A DNA stretch of 59,013 nucleotides, filler included, from Sphacelaria rigidula (taxonomy: Eukaryota): NCBI GenBank assembly GCA_964200075.2. It is 8 parts of 8 records of this genome, joined end to end, with 100 filler letters (N's around TTAATTAATTAA, not from the genome) between each part and the next. Parts side by side here need not be neighbours in the genome. Positions count along the whole stretch, not along the records: positions 1 to 7,290 come from CAXNAA020015607.1; positions 7,391 to 14,679 come from CAXNAA020015608.1; 6 more parts are not named here. The stretch is one strand, 5' to 3'. Of this stretch, positions 1 through 12,274 are shown piece after piece. Below the pieces are notes generated by a model. The model searched no databases, was not told where the DNA came from, and saw only the letters and a program-made list of their open reading frames with translations. Position numbers and translations under genes: made by a program. How positions within the stretch are numbered: position 1 is the first letter of the stretch; each line of letters opens with the position of its first letter.

Positions 1-3000
1 GGTGCCAGTTCAGTGGGCACCAGGCTAGCGGCTCAAACACAATCATTAGTGTCGAAGCCATTGAGCTCGATTTTACCAAGTGTAAAGTCAGCCACCGCAC
101 CAGTGGTCAGGTGGCATGCCATGAGCCGCGCAGGCTGCAGCATAACATGTGTTGCATGAAGGTCAGACTTACATTTGTGAAGACCAAAGACTCCTCTGAG
201 ATAGCAGTCCGTGATAGTGTTGATGCGTCTTGTATTATTGGCAACCGGCTGATAGCTGCTATTCGCGCGTTGAGATAAGTTCCCAAAAGACTGTGCCCGA
301 GTAGGGGGCACTGTCGAAATCAATCAGACTCAAAATGGCCCATGACCTGTCGGGCTAGACAACGCAAGAGTATGACACATGGAATCTACTCGACTGGACC
401 ATAACCGATAAATCCGGAACAGGTGTTCGATGTGTCATACAGTCCCCACGTTGGTTTCAGGCAATGGCGACCGCACCATGAGGCGCTTCAGGTACGAACG
501 CACACGCAAGCCCTGTTTTGCTGCAGAAGCATTTTCCCCGCAACCTGCAGGTCATATCGACGATATAAGCCAACCCACTGTGGCGGATGCGCTCTCTCTG
601 GTAACGTTATACACTGCACAGAAAACGCATAGCGTTGTCATGCACACTCGATCTGATGCGCTGAGTCATTTTTCACCCACGGGCGGTTCTCGGATAATAA
701 AGCCGCTCACACGTTCCTTGTTTAGATAAGCCCCTCACGGGCCCGTAGCTTTTTCAACGCCCCCCCGACCACCTGCCCCCGCAAGCGCCCCTGTTCGCAG
801 TCCGTCGATTCTGTATCAACCGAATCGACCGACATGTGTCCCAACACACGCCGATTCAGGCTTGCAGGTAGGCAGTTCGCGGGCTATTTCAATCGCCGCC
901 CGCTGTGCATACGACTTCTCTTGCCCAACCGCGGAACGTTGAGCCACCATGCGCACCGAATTATATCGATGCGACATGATGGACCAGGATTGAGAATGTT
1001 GTCTGTACACGAGCATGATTGAATACGGTGAGGCGCGATGCTCATGTTACTTGTACACAAGCTCTCGACTCTGTACTCTTTTGACTTTCACACGGCACCA
1101 GGGCACACTAAAGTTTGATTGGCGCCCCACCAACACGCACTACAGTACATACTTGATCGTCCAGAAGGCCGCGTACCTTTCGCGTTGAAATATTGTTCCG
1201 AATTGAAGTACTGACCACAGCACAGTACCATCTGAGTTCCAAATGGTATCGGCGGGCAATATGTTGCGGACGGCAAGGTACCATGGTGTACATACGTTGT
1301 TACTCCTGCACTATCTAAACGAAATCATTTACATTGCATTGTAGATATGAGCACGGCGCGGGTATAGCGGGTGTCGAGTGTTCTTCGTGTAATACAAACG
1401 AATTGGCGTCGGTACAGCACGATTGGCCCGACCCTCCGCTACCCCACGCGAAGATCATATGTACTGTAGTGTGCCACCGTGCATTTTCTTGTCTGGTGCT
1501 TTGTACGCTGCTGTTGTACTGCCCTACATATTTGTACTACGGTTGCGCTTGTACATTTATTGACTGTTTACCTGCACGATGATACGTCATTGACCCCCGT
1601 CTCGGCTATTTTGAGCGAACTACGCGGTACTGTAATAAGTATCGCCAGCTGCGCTGGTATTGCCTTTGGAAACACGGCATCCGGTAGTTATTTTTTTTCT
1701 CGACCTCAACATGTTCTCACGACAGAACTGAGCGGTTTGACGTTGCGGTTCGCTGCGTCCCACACGTATATCCCTTCATGGCATGCAGGTTTGTCCAATG
1801 CGCTGTTGCGCTGATGACAGTCACTGTATGTCTGTTGATTGCGACAACTTTGGTTTTCTTCCTCGTCTCTTTGCTGCTACACTTTGTCCACCAACACCCA
1901 CACACATACGGTTTGTTGTGTGCCTTCGACATTTTTTTTTCCTTTTCGTCTGCACCTCATTAAAAGGTGATGGACTGCTACATGTGCGGAGTGCGCGGAC
2001 CTACATGTCGATCGAAAACGGTCGACAGTACCCTGCCACTCTATTTCTTTTATTTTTGTTCGCTCCGCCTCAGTCCTCCACAACTGTGCTGTCTCCCACG
2101 ACGAAACGTTCACTTTTCAACCCCCGCATCTCTACGTTAACGATCTGGCGCAATGGCGCACGTGTACAAGCTATTTCTGATATCAACCGCCCTTCGACTT
2201 CATCGGTGCACGATGTCACGAAGGACGGTGCACTCCCTACAGAGAGTGGTGGCCGACCGAACAAATCAACCACGGGTAGTGAGACGAGTGATAAAAAAAA
2301 AACGAAGCAGAACGTTGTGATGTTGATGGAGCATCGTTGCAGGACGAATTTTCAGGGACGTGAGTGTGGATGCTCACCCTAACCCCGTTGGTGCCCACTC
2401 TCCTGTACACCAACCAGCCACTCAAAGCGCTGACGGTGTTCCCACTCTTCTCTCTAAGATGGCACCGCTCCACGTTAGCCCTCATGCTACGAAAACCTTT
2501 ACTGACGATGACATCCTCACCCCACCAGGGCGGTACCCACACAACACTGATGCTCACCTCACAACTTGACAACCTTTTGGGAACGTTCTACAAGTTCCGG
2601 AGATTTCAAAAAGCATCCAGTGGGGTGACCCAGGACGCGTTGCTTAGCCCACAACCTAAGCGCCGCCACCTGCCTGTTTATTTTCTACTTCTGTAGTTCA
2701 TTTCTCATCAGTCGGTACAATCCCACAATTAGAAATGAACAATGATCGGTAATTCACCGCAGAAGTTTGCAACAATTTTATGTCAACAATTGTTTTCGCT
2801 CGGCCAGGTCACACACATCACACGAACGAATCAGTGGTGGCCACCGCGGGTTCAACCATGTGGTGTGGGTTCCCTGGACATGCTAACACTGCCTTGAAGG
2901 GTTCCAAGACAGTCGAAGCCCGTGCACCGTTGCATGGCTATCAATTGAGCAGTGACCAAACCCAACGTTTTAGCCCTGGAGTTGATCACCCAGTTTTACA

Positions 3001-4359
3001 TTCACCAGGTACTAATCATATTCAATCGAATCCCCTCCCTTCGAAGGAGAGGAAGTCATGTAGTGCAATTTCTTACGCATCAGGAGCCGAAATATCTTCT
3101 GGTACGATGGGCACTGCTGCTCCGACCGTTCATCGGAGAACACAAAATTCAAAGACACACACTTAAGCACCCCCCAACTGCTCAATTGCCCGGCTAACCA
3201 CCCTACCGAGTTCCGCAAAAATACGGTACCCGATTCCCTTTTAATTGATGAGCGTAATTATTCCTTGAAGGGTCGCAACCGCAAAGAACCCATGCTTTCC
3301 GTCGCTCAGCGGGTTGAAATAGAACCCCAAGTGACAGCGACTCAGGTGGTGCGCCAAGAGCGTGACCTAGGTTCGACTGCCCAAGAACTCATTTCAATAG
3401 CTCCTGGAGCTGCCGATCCTTTCGTGCGCTACACGCGTCACCAGAGACGGGCTCCTCCAGATGATCATGTACATAACCCTGATGTAGCAAGCGCACGTGA
3501 ACTCCAAGGAAGAGATTGCGTGTGGGCTCAGACAGATGAAAACCTTAGAGTGGAACAGGCCGGTACTCGACAGACTTCGAACAGATCGTTACTACTGCTT
3601 CCTGACCACCCCGCGTGCACTACGTTAAAACCCATTTTCGATGAAGCGTTGCCGTCTGTAGGGACAGAGACTTCGCCGACTCATGGACGTTCGCATCCTA
3701 GTCATGAAAGCACCCCAATCGTGTGTTCGTCACATGGCAAACAAAGTGTTACGCAAGACAACTCGTCCCCTAACTCGCCCACGTTGGCCCCTTTAATAGA
3801 CGCCGGGTTGAACAGTGCAATTTTACCAATCCCGCGTCCTGACGAATCGTCTCCGAAACCTCCTATGTTGGCCCTAACTAGTGATGGTATTGAGTTGATT
3901 GGCATATCAAACTCAACACCGCGCCCCGATGAATCGTCCCCTGTTCCGACCAAGCTGGATAATGTAATTGATCCCGCTTTGCACAATGACGATTTGCTCC
4001 CTCTGTTGGCCAATAAGGGTGAAACACCACGCACAGATCAGTTGTCGGGTCCAGCCACGACAACTGCCCTTCCCCGGCATCGTCCGTCCGTTGCAGTATA
4101 TGAGATTCAACACTCGACTGATGAGACAAATATTCCAGGCACAAACACTGACACTCCCTGCACGCACCATCCTTCCGACCAAAAGATTGTCCCACAAGAT
4201 CATCAACGGGAGTATTTTAGCACCTTCGTTCAAAACGCAAATCAGAATGTGTTAGATGTCTTATCCGAATTCGGGCCCGATCTCGTCAGTGGTACTGTAA
4301 CTCTGGATGATGCTTCTTTTACGACCAAGATAGGTTTACATAGTGAAGCGCGTGCATAC

Positions 4360-4660
4360 TGTCATTTGATAGCTCTTGCACTACCAGACTCTGGTTCACC
4401 TCAAACGTTCATCACAGCCAACTGCTGGCAACAGATGATCAACGCGGGCGCGGCGGACGAGCATTGTCTGTCCACCATGCACCCCCGTGTTTTCGGTGGC
4501 TTTGGTTCCTCCACATGTCTTACGGTCAATCAATCGGTGAGACTAAGTGTACATTTCTACCAGGATACTACTCCCACTGCTCGGTTGTCCGTATGGGCAC
4601 TAATTATGTCCGACGGTTCCATGTCTCTTGATGTTTTGTTGGGTTGAGATAGTTAGCTTC
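4360..4660 (+). pseudogene. Retroviral-type aspartic protease domain of the gypsy element
   Basis: ALPDSGSPQTFI (D-S-G from 4387), GFG flap, and DVLLG*DS matching the usual LLGRD motif with a premature stop. Confidence 0.85.
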
Positions 4661-5329
4661 GTTTTTCCACACATACGTATACGACGGACACACCTGTCCC
4701 GAACCGTCTAGTCACAAGCAAACTGTCACTGGGTCACTTCGACACTGATTCGGGAGCTCATGCTTATGAGGATGACCCCACGAAAACAGGTAATGGTTCC
4801 CGTCTGTACTATGTTCGTGAACCTGTAGTCTCGCTCTCTCGTGAGCCCCAACTAATACAAGTGAACCTCGTGAGACGCAATGGATCGCCCGCCCTCACAG
4901 GACATTATTTGGTCGAGTTGCCGAAACCTGACCAAGCACAGGTTGGTCCGTTTGAACAGACCGAAGTCGTTGTCCACGAAGGTAGGCAGGCCATTTACCT
5001 CACGTCCCTTGCATGTTTCGATATACTCAACGGTCAGTTGTTGGGTCATGGTCAAGCGCCTCTCATACGAACCGCCCTGTCAGATGTGTGCCCCCCGGCG
5101 CACCCCAACTCGCCGACCGACCCCCCGAAATCCACAGGCCCCCTCCGCTACACATGCCTGACCCCATGATGGTGACAAATCCACCGGATGCGCCTGGCCC
5201 TCAACCCCCAACTGCATTACTGGATAGATTTTCTCCAGAACAACGCGCCAGTTTTCAAAAGTTGTATGATGACATTCCCCCTCACTTAAGGCATATTGTT
5301 TTTGATATATCTGACGATGGTTGGACACC

Positions 5330-6260
5330 CACTGGAATCGATAGATTGAGATCCATCTTGATTCGATACTCTGAACGGTTTTCTACTGCACCCTTAGATT
5401 TAGGTCGATGTACCACGACACCGTTTAAGATCAAGATTCCTGATGGCACTCCGCCTATCGCTATGCGTCCGTACCGTACGAACCCCTTCTTAGCGGATAA
5501 GATCCAGGTAGTGCTCGATGGTTACTTATCCGCCGGTTCGGCACTCGACGTCTCCGTGGGCCTCGCCTTTAGTAGTCGTCCGTAAGAAGAATGGCAAAAT
5601 CAGACTGACGGTCAATGATCAACGATTGAACGCTGTCACCAAAATCGACCGGCTGCCACTTCCACGGAGTGATGAAATTATTGACTCTCTTGGCGGGGGT
5701 AAAGTATTTTCGAACTTTGACATGCAGTCCGGCTACCACCAGCTCGTGATGGATCCAAATTCCATTGAACTGACAGCGTTTTGCACGCCATCAGGTTTAT
5801 ACGAGTGGCTAGTTACACCACAAGGTGCCGCCGGAGCTCCAGGTGCGATTCAACATGTAATGTTTCGTGTAACTGATGGATTGCCCAAATGCCATATGTA
5901 CCTTAATGCGGTGTGCCACGACTCCACACCGGCTGAACACGTCGAACAGTGGACATCATTCTTCAATCGGTTTGAACAACACAACTTGAAACTCGCACCC
6001 TCCAAATTCCGCATTGGCGCCACGAAGATTGAGTTCTTGGGTCATTGCATCACCCCCGAAGGTCGTAGCCCAAACTTCGATAAGGTCGTCGCACTCTCCG
6101 ATATGCCCATGCCACGGGACGTTTCTCAACTGCGTTCCTTGTTGGGAGGTCTAAGCTACTACAGACAGTACTTGCCAAACCTTGCCCAAAAGCTGAAACT
6201 CCTCACCACCCTCCTAAAAAAAGGGGTGAAATTTGTGTTCACATTGGAAGTGGAAAAAAC
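5330..6260 (+). pseudogene. Gypsy reverse transcriptase, frameshifted, catalytic YxDD destroyed
   Basis: PIAMRPYR, SPWASPLVVVRKKNGKIRL, FDMQSGYHQL, TAFCTPSGLYEW, PQG, FLGH, LRSLLGGLSYYRQY; frameshift near 5530; YLDD reads YLNAV. Confidence 0.95.
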
Positions 6261-6289
6261 GTCCACCGCGTCATTGACACCCTTTCGCG

Positions 6290-6712
6290 CCCGCCGATTC
6301 TCGTCTTCCCTGACTGGTCGGCCGCGGAGCAGGGTTCCCGCCCTTTCCGGCTCGACACAGATTCTTCCAAGTTGGGTTTGGCTGCACATTAGAACAGGAG
6401 CAAGTCGATGCTACTGTTCGTCCCATTGTCTATCTGAGTCGCACCACTTTTCCGAATGAACAGAATTGGTCTGTCATGGAACAAGAGGCCGGTGCAGTTG
6501 TGTGGGGCGTGCGACGTCTGCGTCAGTATTTGTATGATGACATCCCGTTTTTGATTTATACCGATCACAAGTCTTTGGAAAGCCTTGCCAAAATGGCGGA
6601 ACACAACGCTAGGGTCCAACGCTGGTTCGAAATCCTGTCGTCTTACAACTGTCAACTGAAGTACTGCACAGGTCCCCAGAATGCAAACGCCGACTTCCTG
6701 TCACGCTTGCTC
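6290..6712 (+). pseudogene. Gypsy RNase H domain
   Basis: PFRLDTDSS, PIVYLSR, EQEAGAVVWGVRRLRQYL, YTDHKSL, RVQRW, NANADFLSRL; frameshifts near 6260 and 6390. Confidence 0.92.
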
Positions 6713-7290
6713 ACACCAGCTCAACCTATCGATGAATCCCCCATGGGACATATCACCGATCCCACCGAAGACATTGTATATTTCATAAGCAGGAATGGAC
6801 ATAGAGGTCTCTACACACCACTTTCACTGAGAGAAACGCCGGCTTTAGGCATGGGTGGGCTGACGACCACAGCCCACGCATCAGTTCTAGGCAGCTTGCA
6901 ACCTCAATCGTTGTACTCAGTTTGGAATGGACTGTCTACGAATACTGTTGGCTATGATTATTTTCGTGCAACTGGCCAGCGCATGGTTTTCGCAGCAGGT
7001 GTAGAACCGTCCTTTGCTGACTCCGTCTTACCAGTTCAGATTCGAGATTTGATTTCGAGTAGGACTCGTGGACGGCGGGCCGCCGAAACGGCCACCAAAT
7101 TAGCCGTATCCGGTCCCGACCTTCCCCCCCCTGTCCCCACGCCGGTCCCCGATAGTTTCCTTTCGCCCCCGCAGCCTCCGCGACGCAAGGCCCCCAGGAA
7201 ATCGACCCCGACCGTGCCGCCCCTGCCAACCATAGCCGAAACCACGGCTGTGCCCCCCTCCAGTGGTGATGATATTGCAAACACCACCAC

Positions 7291-7390
7291 NNNNNNNNNN
7301 NNNNNNNNNNNNNNNNNNNNNNNNNNNNNNNNNNTTAATTAATTAANNNNNNNNNNNNNNNNNNNNNNNNNNNNNNNNNNNNNNNNNNNN
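7291..7390. other. Artificial contig linker (44 N + TTAATTAATTAA + 44 N); also at 14680-14779, 22069-22168, 29458-29557, 36847-36946, 44236-44335, 51625-51724
   Basis: Seven identical 100-bp spacers exactly 7389 bp apart; the core has stops in all six frames; intervening contigs are all 7289-7290 bp. Confidence 0.98.
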
Positions 7391-7835
7391 CCATTGAGTA
7401 CCAGGAACGTGTCGTGTCGTCGCGTGATCGCGTGTCTGCAGACGTTTCGTTTCACGAAATGCGGTGGGATTAAGGTAGGAAATTGCGCCGCACAGGCACG
7501 CGTACAGTAAGCTGGTACTCGTACGAGTACTTTAGCGCTGCAAGATGGCATCAAGGTCGTCAACAGCTCCATCATGGGAGAGAACCTCCCAGCCGACTGT
7601 CACATACCACCGGAAGGGGGAGAAGTACTACCTCAAACTGTACTATACACCGCCAAGATACAAGATCGTCCCCAGAATGTCGAAACCCTTCGCAACTCGT
7701 GCGGTATGATGCACAAAAAAAACGCCAGATTATGTGCAACAACAAAATGGTCGTGTCGGGATTTGGACTCGTGACCTCTGTAATAAGAGGTGGTTTTACC
7801 AGTTTGATCACTGGGTGCCAGACGGAAAAGTGGAT

Positions 7836-8228
7836 GCTGTGGGTAATTCGAAGAGTTGGGCGCTGAAATTTTGACACAACATTTTTATTATCACTGCGCA
7901 CAACATTTGTCGAGGTTCATCCGGTTTTTTTTTTCACGGTGTGTTGGCATTTTCCTAGTTTTTTTCTCTTTTTTTTTTGTTTTTCCTTAAAGCGTGTTGG
8001 AATTCCGTTTTTCTTGAGTACGTCTATCATGAGACCACGGCTGGACCCTTGGGGGGTCAGTTAAAGTGCGACAATCAATCAATCATCAATCAATCAATTA
8101 CAGAAACTTTAAAATCGCTCTAACTTCCTTTTTTCTTGGCGAATGCACCTCGAGAAATGATGTGTGTAGTGATGATACAAATATTGTATCAAAATGTCAG
8201 TGCCTAACTCTTCGAATTACCCACAGCA
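7836..8228. repeat. Inverted repeat pair (about 7836-7922 / 8140-8228), MITE-like, interrupted by a retroposon tail
   Basis: gctgtgggtaattcgaagagtt... is the reverse complement of ...aactcttcgaattacccacagc. Confidence 0.75.
8010..8098 (+). mobile_element. 3' end of non-LTR retroposon family with (ATCA)n tail; related copies at ~29704-29782 (-), ~37544-37602, ~39018-39113, ~47352-47445
   Basis: Shared core accacggctgga(t/c)cc(c/t)tggggg...gtgcgac followed by caat/atca repeats, often preceded by T-rich sequence. Confidence 0.7.
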
Positions 8229-8363
8229 CCACCAAAATACGTTTAAAAATCACAGTCAGCTGGCCCAGCCTGTAGTTTTTTTTTTTTCCTTTCGACTTGT
8301 CCTTTTTTTCTCGTCTCGTTTCCTTCCGTTTGCTTTCCTTTCTCGTCGCAGCTTGCTATGTTT

Positions 8364-8369
<6 letters not shown>

Positions 8370-8403
<34 letters not shown>
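8370..8403. repeat. (TC)n microsatellite
   Basis: Direct reading. Confidence 0.95.
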
Positions 8404-8410
<7 letters not shown>

Positions 8411-8857
8411 ACTTGTCACTTTTTTTTTTCAAGTAGCCTTCCTCCGCTGATTAGAGTGTTTCCTTTTTGTTTCTCAGTTGGAGTACGTATATCATGTGAA
8501 CCACAGCAGGATCCAGTTCACCTGTGGCGGCAGTCGACTCAAGTATCACTTGGGCTACTAGCTGGAATGTCGCATCAGCATGGTATGTCACCGTTACCAG
8601 CACCCCCACGTATGCTGTATAGCCGATGACACCATCAAAGGCAGCACGGGCCTGACTCAGTCCCTGGTGAACGTCTACAGCACCTTCTCCTATAATTGGT
8701 CAAGCCTACATCGCGAAGTTCGCTTCGAGGAACACGGGGGAGACAGGGCCTGCGTCTTGTAGTCGTGCTACAATCGTTCCCCATCGAACCGGGCGACGCG
8801 GTCTATCTGAGATGGCGCTGTTTATTTTCGCTCTTGACTGTTTTTACAGGCACCATA

Positions 8858-9870
8858 GGTAAGGTGGGTGCCCGGTACCGGTATTTGGGACATCTCATAC
8901 CCTACCGATACTGACCCTATCCGGTATTTTGAATTGACATACCTACGATACCTGCGATACCAGGATATTTCGAGTTTTCACCACCTAGCGTACCCGCTCA
9001 ATCCTGTATTTTGAAATGTCTTACCTACGATACCATGGTATTTCGAGATTTCAATACAGTAGGGGACTCCCAGTAGTGCCGTTTGAATAGTTCCCACGAC
9101 CTATATAATGCCGGTAAAATCTCCGAGCACAACCAGAGCTCGCAGTAGTGCGGCCCGGCACTACTGACAGATGGCCCTCAGTAGTGCGGGTTTGAACGGT
9201 TTTGTACCCTCAACAGTGCCGGTAGGAAGCGAAAAGGGGTGTGGTTCATTCTTTCCCGCTCACTCCTTTTGGTGGGCAGTGTACTCATTCGTGAGTTTTT
9301 TTCCACACCAGATGCCGCACCTTGATAGTTGCGTTGGGTGCATTTGTGTCGTTGTTTTCTTGTCGGGAAGGTCTTTCGGCATGAGCAACTTTTGTGGCCG
9401 TACTGCTGCTGTTGTGCTAGTAGGGAAGGAAATGATCAACCCGTGTACAGGATCAATCAAGTTGAATGTGAAAAACGAAAAAACATCGGGTTTAGTTCTG
9501 CCACCCCAAAACCTTACGTGACGTATCCTGTCGAAACCCCTTGAAACAAAGGTCCCTCGTCCGTTTTGTGCTTCCGTTGGTGCCACGAAGGGCAAGCGTA
9601 GCACTGTACGAACGGACGGTCGTCAGTAGTGCCAGAATCGGCACTACTGAGGTATTCAGAGCCCTCAGTTGCACCTGTTTTGGCACTTTTCAGAGTAGTG
9701 CCGGTGTCCGTGGTGGGCACATACCGGCACTACTGAGAGCCCCCCACTGTACCTACCGTACCAGCCCAATCCTGTATTTTCGAAACTCATACCTACGATA
9801 CCCACGATACCTACGCATACCGCGGTATGGGATACCCCGGTAAATACCGGCGGTACCCTCGGTATTTACC
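8858..9870. mobile_element. Non-autonomous DNA element rich in tacc/ggta motifs; uninterrupted copy at ~10904-11177
   Basis: cccggtaccggtatttgggacatctcataccctaccgata is shared by both copies, as are the repeated atacctacgatacc modules. Confidence 0.8.
9057..9749. mobile_element. Tc1/mariner-like MITE nested in the previous element
   Basis: TA|cagtagggg...cccccactg|TA; multiple internal cagtagtgc/gcactactg motifs; empty site visible at ~11051-11075. Confidence 0.85.
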
Positions 9871-11280
9871 GAACGCGATACACTCCCCACGATGCAACAG
9901 CTGCTGCCAACTCACGCTGAGGCCAGAAGGTGTCGGAGCAGACACGTCTTGTTTTCTGAAGTAATTAATACCCAGGTTCCCCCTGATTTTTGTGTTTGGA
10001 TCAATTTATATGAATTATTTCTATTTAGTCTCATGTTTTTAGTGTGTGGGTATAAATATTAGGTCATCATTTGAAGGTATACATTGTTCCATGTCGAAGA
10101 TGAGCATCATACGCGATAATATTCCACGTGCAAGCAAACAAGCAGAAAAAGAACGAAAATGAAGAAAAACAAAAAAAACGAGGGGTCGAAGGAGGCATAC
10201 AAAATACACAACAATGTGCCGAAATACCAATTAAATAACCTTCCATATTACTATACCGTAACCACTGCGAAATTGCCGGGTGCTCTGAATGAAGAAATAC
10301 AACTACACATGAAGGGACAAACTCTACTGTTGCGTACTACTGCACCTGCTCTCACGTACTGCTGCAATACATTGAGGAATTACAGCCCTACCTCCTCGAA
10401 ATGAAAAATCGAATCCTTCAATTTCAACTTGGCACGTTCTACTGCACTATTTTCAGAGCTTTAGTCTCTGCACCCGCGTCAGTAACCACGAAAATCACCA
10501 CGCGGTACCCATGATCGATCCTATGGATTGCGTGTCTAACCCTGTCAACTGATTACAACAAATCCAGCTGTGATAAAGGCGGATTGTATAAAAAAAATGA
10601 AAAAACATGAAAATGTCCCACACCAGCAAGGAAGAAGAATCCCACGTATTGCACGTCGAGAGCGAAAACAAAACATGGCCAAACAACATGCTACTCGTAT
10701 CGCTCCAGTAGCATATGGGCGCAGGGATGTCGCGTCAACTGCCATTCGCGTTTCCTCTCGTTCTCTCCCTCGGTCCGGGGTGCATTCTGTACGGGTGGAG
10801 GGCGACTTCCAACCTGGGGCACATGAAAACTTCGACTGCTCAACTTCCACCTGGATCTGAAACGCGACGCACTGCCAGATGACAGTTTCGAATTCAGTAT
10901 AGAGGGTAAGGCAGGCACCCGGTACCGGTATTTGGGACATCTCATACCCTACCGATACCGACCCATTTCGGTATTTTGAAATTTCAATACCTACCATACC
11001 CGCCCAATCCTGTATTTTCAAATGTCATACCTACGATACCCGGGTATTTCGAGATTTCAGTGCCTACCGTACCCGCTCAATTCTGTATTTGAAATGTCAT
11101 ACCTACGATACCTACGAATACCACGGTATAGGATACCCCAGTAAATACCGGGGGTACGCTCGGTACGGTACCTTACCTGCGGTGCTTGTGATTGTTTCGT
11201 CTCCCTATTGTATTTTGATTCACGTCCGTGTCACACCCGCACTTCGCCGTGCTTGTTTTCATGTAGCCCCCGTATGGGAA

Positions 11281-11503
11281 GGCACGTCTCGAAAGGGATG
11301 CGTAGTCAAAGGTCAAACGACAAAGGCAAGCAACGAATGAGTTCGCCCCCCCCCCCCCCCCTCTCCAAAGAGCGGCAGGGGGACGGGTCGGACCACCAAG
11401 GAGAGCAACGAGAGAGCAGGCCCACCGACGCACGTCTCGAAAGGGATGCGTGGTCAATGGTCGAACGACTAAGGCAAGCAACAAATGAGTACGCACCCCC
11501 CCC
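11281..11503 (+). repeat. Two copies of the poly(C)-terminated module, type A; other copies at ~13795-13936, ~21870-22000, ~43540-43650 (-), ~44150-44230 (-), ~44340-44412
   Basis: Consensus gtgctccgtctcgaaagggatgcgtggtcaatggtcgaacgactaaggcaagcaacaaatgagtacg(c)n. Confidence 0.9.
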
Positions 11504-12231
11504 TGTCATGTCTGCGGCAGGGACCCGTCGTTGTCGTTGTTCGTTTGTTGTTATTTCGCTACCACTTCGAAGTGTGTATGTTTTTCGTCGTTTGCTACGC
11601 TTTTTCCCTTACCGAGTTCCTGTCGCGATTGTTACTGTTCGGTTATTCTACGTCGGGTACGTCTATCTTTTATCTCATGGCCACTGCTGTGTTCACAATG
11701 ACGTAGTTGAGGTGCGGCAATCAAGCAAGCACTCGACTGATGGATCGATCAATCTTTGTCTTGTCCGCCGCACGACGTTGCTTGAATCAAGGCGTGGACT
11801 GCTGCTCCTGTACGATCTCCTTCACCGCCGCATCACGGTGCTTGCTCTATGGTGCATGCTGCTTATATTCGTGTTTCCCCATCGTGCTGTGTGCATTCGT
11901 CTCCCGCCCGTACGCTATCGTATCGTATTTTCGATGTGATCCCCTCTCCCCCCCCTCCCCCGGGCAGGGCAGATGAGTTTGTTTTTTCCCTGTTCATGGG
12001 CTCGCCAGTACCAAAGTGGACACCTTGTTTGTTCTGCTGCCGGGAGGGTTTGGCCGTTGTGCCGTGCGTAAACAGACGTGCGTTGTTTTTCTCCGAAGCA
12101 GGTCGACGACTTGGTGCAGCACAGCTTTTGGAAGGACGGAGGAGGCGTTATGGAGAAGTGTCGGGAGCCGGGAACCGTGGGCGATCCCGATATCGCACCC
12201 TCCAGCGCGTCCGAGGGTTACCCGTGTCAGG

Positions 12232-12274
<43 letters not shown>

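Larger units (their letters stand above)
2360..7290 (+). mobile_element. Degenerate Ty3/gypsy LTR retrotransposon, internal region (truncated at contig end; left boundary approximate)
   Basis: Protease, RT and RNase H motifs in gypsy order; no LTR pair visible in the contig. Confidence 0.9.

Noticed and set aside
1340-2000. Possible 5' LTR and PBS of the gypsy element (attaaa...ctaca|tgtgcggag)
   Set aside because: No second LTR to confirm, and the PBS lacks an intact TGG.
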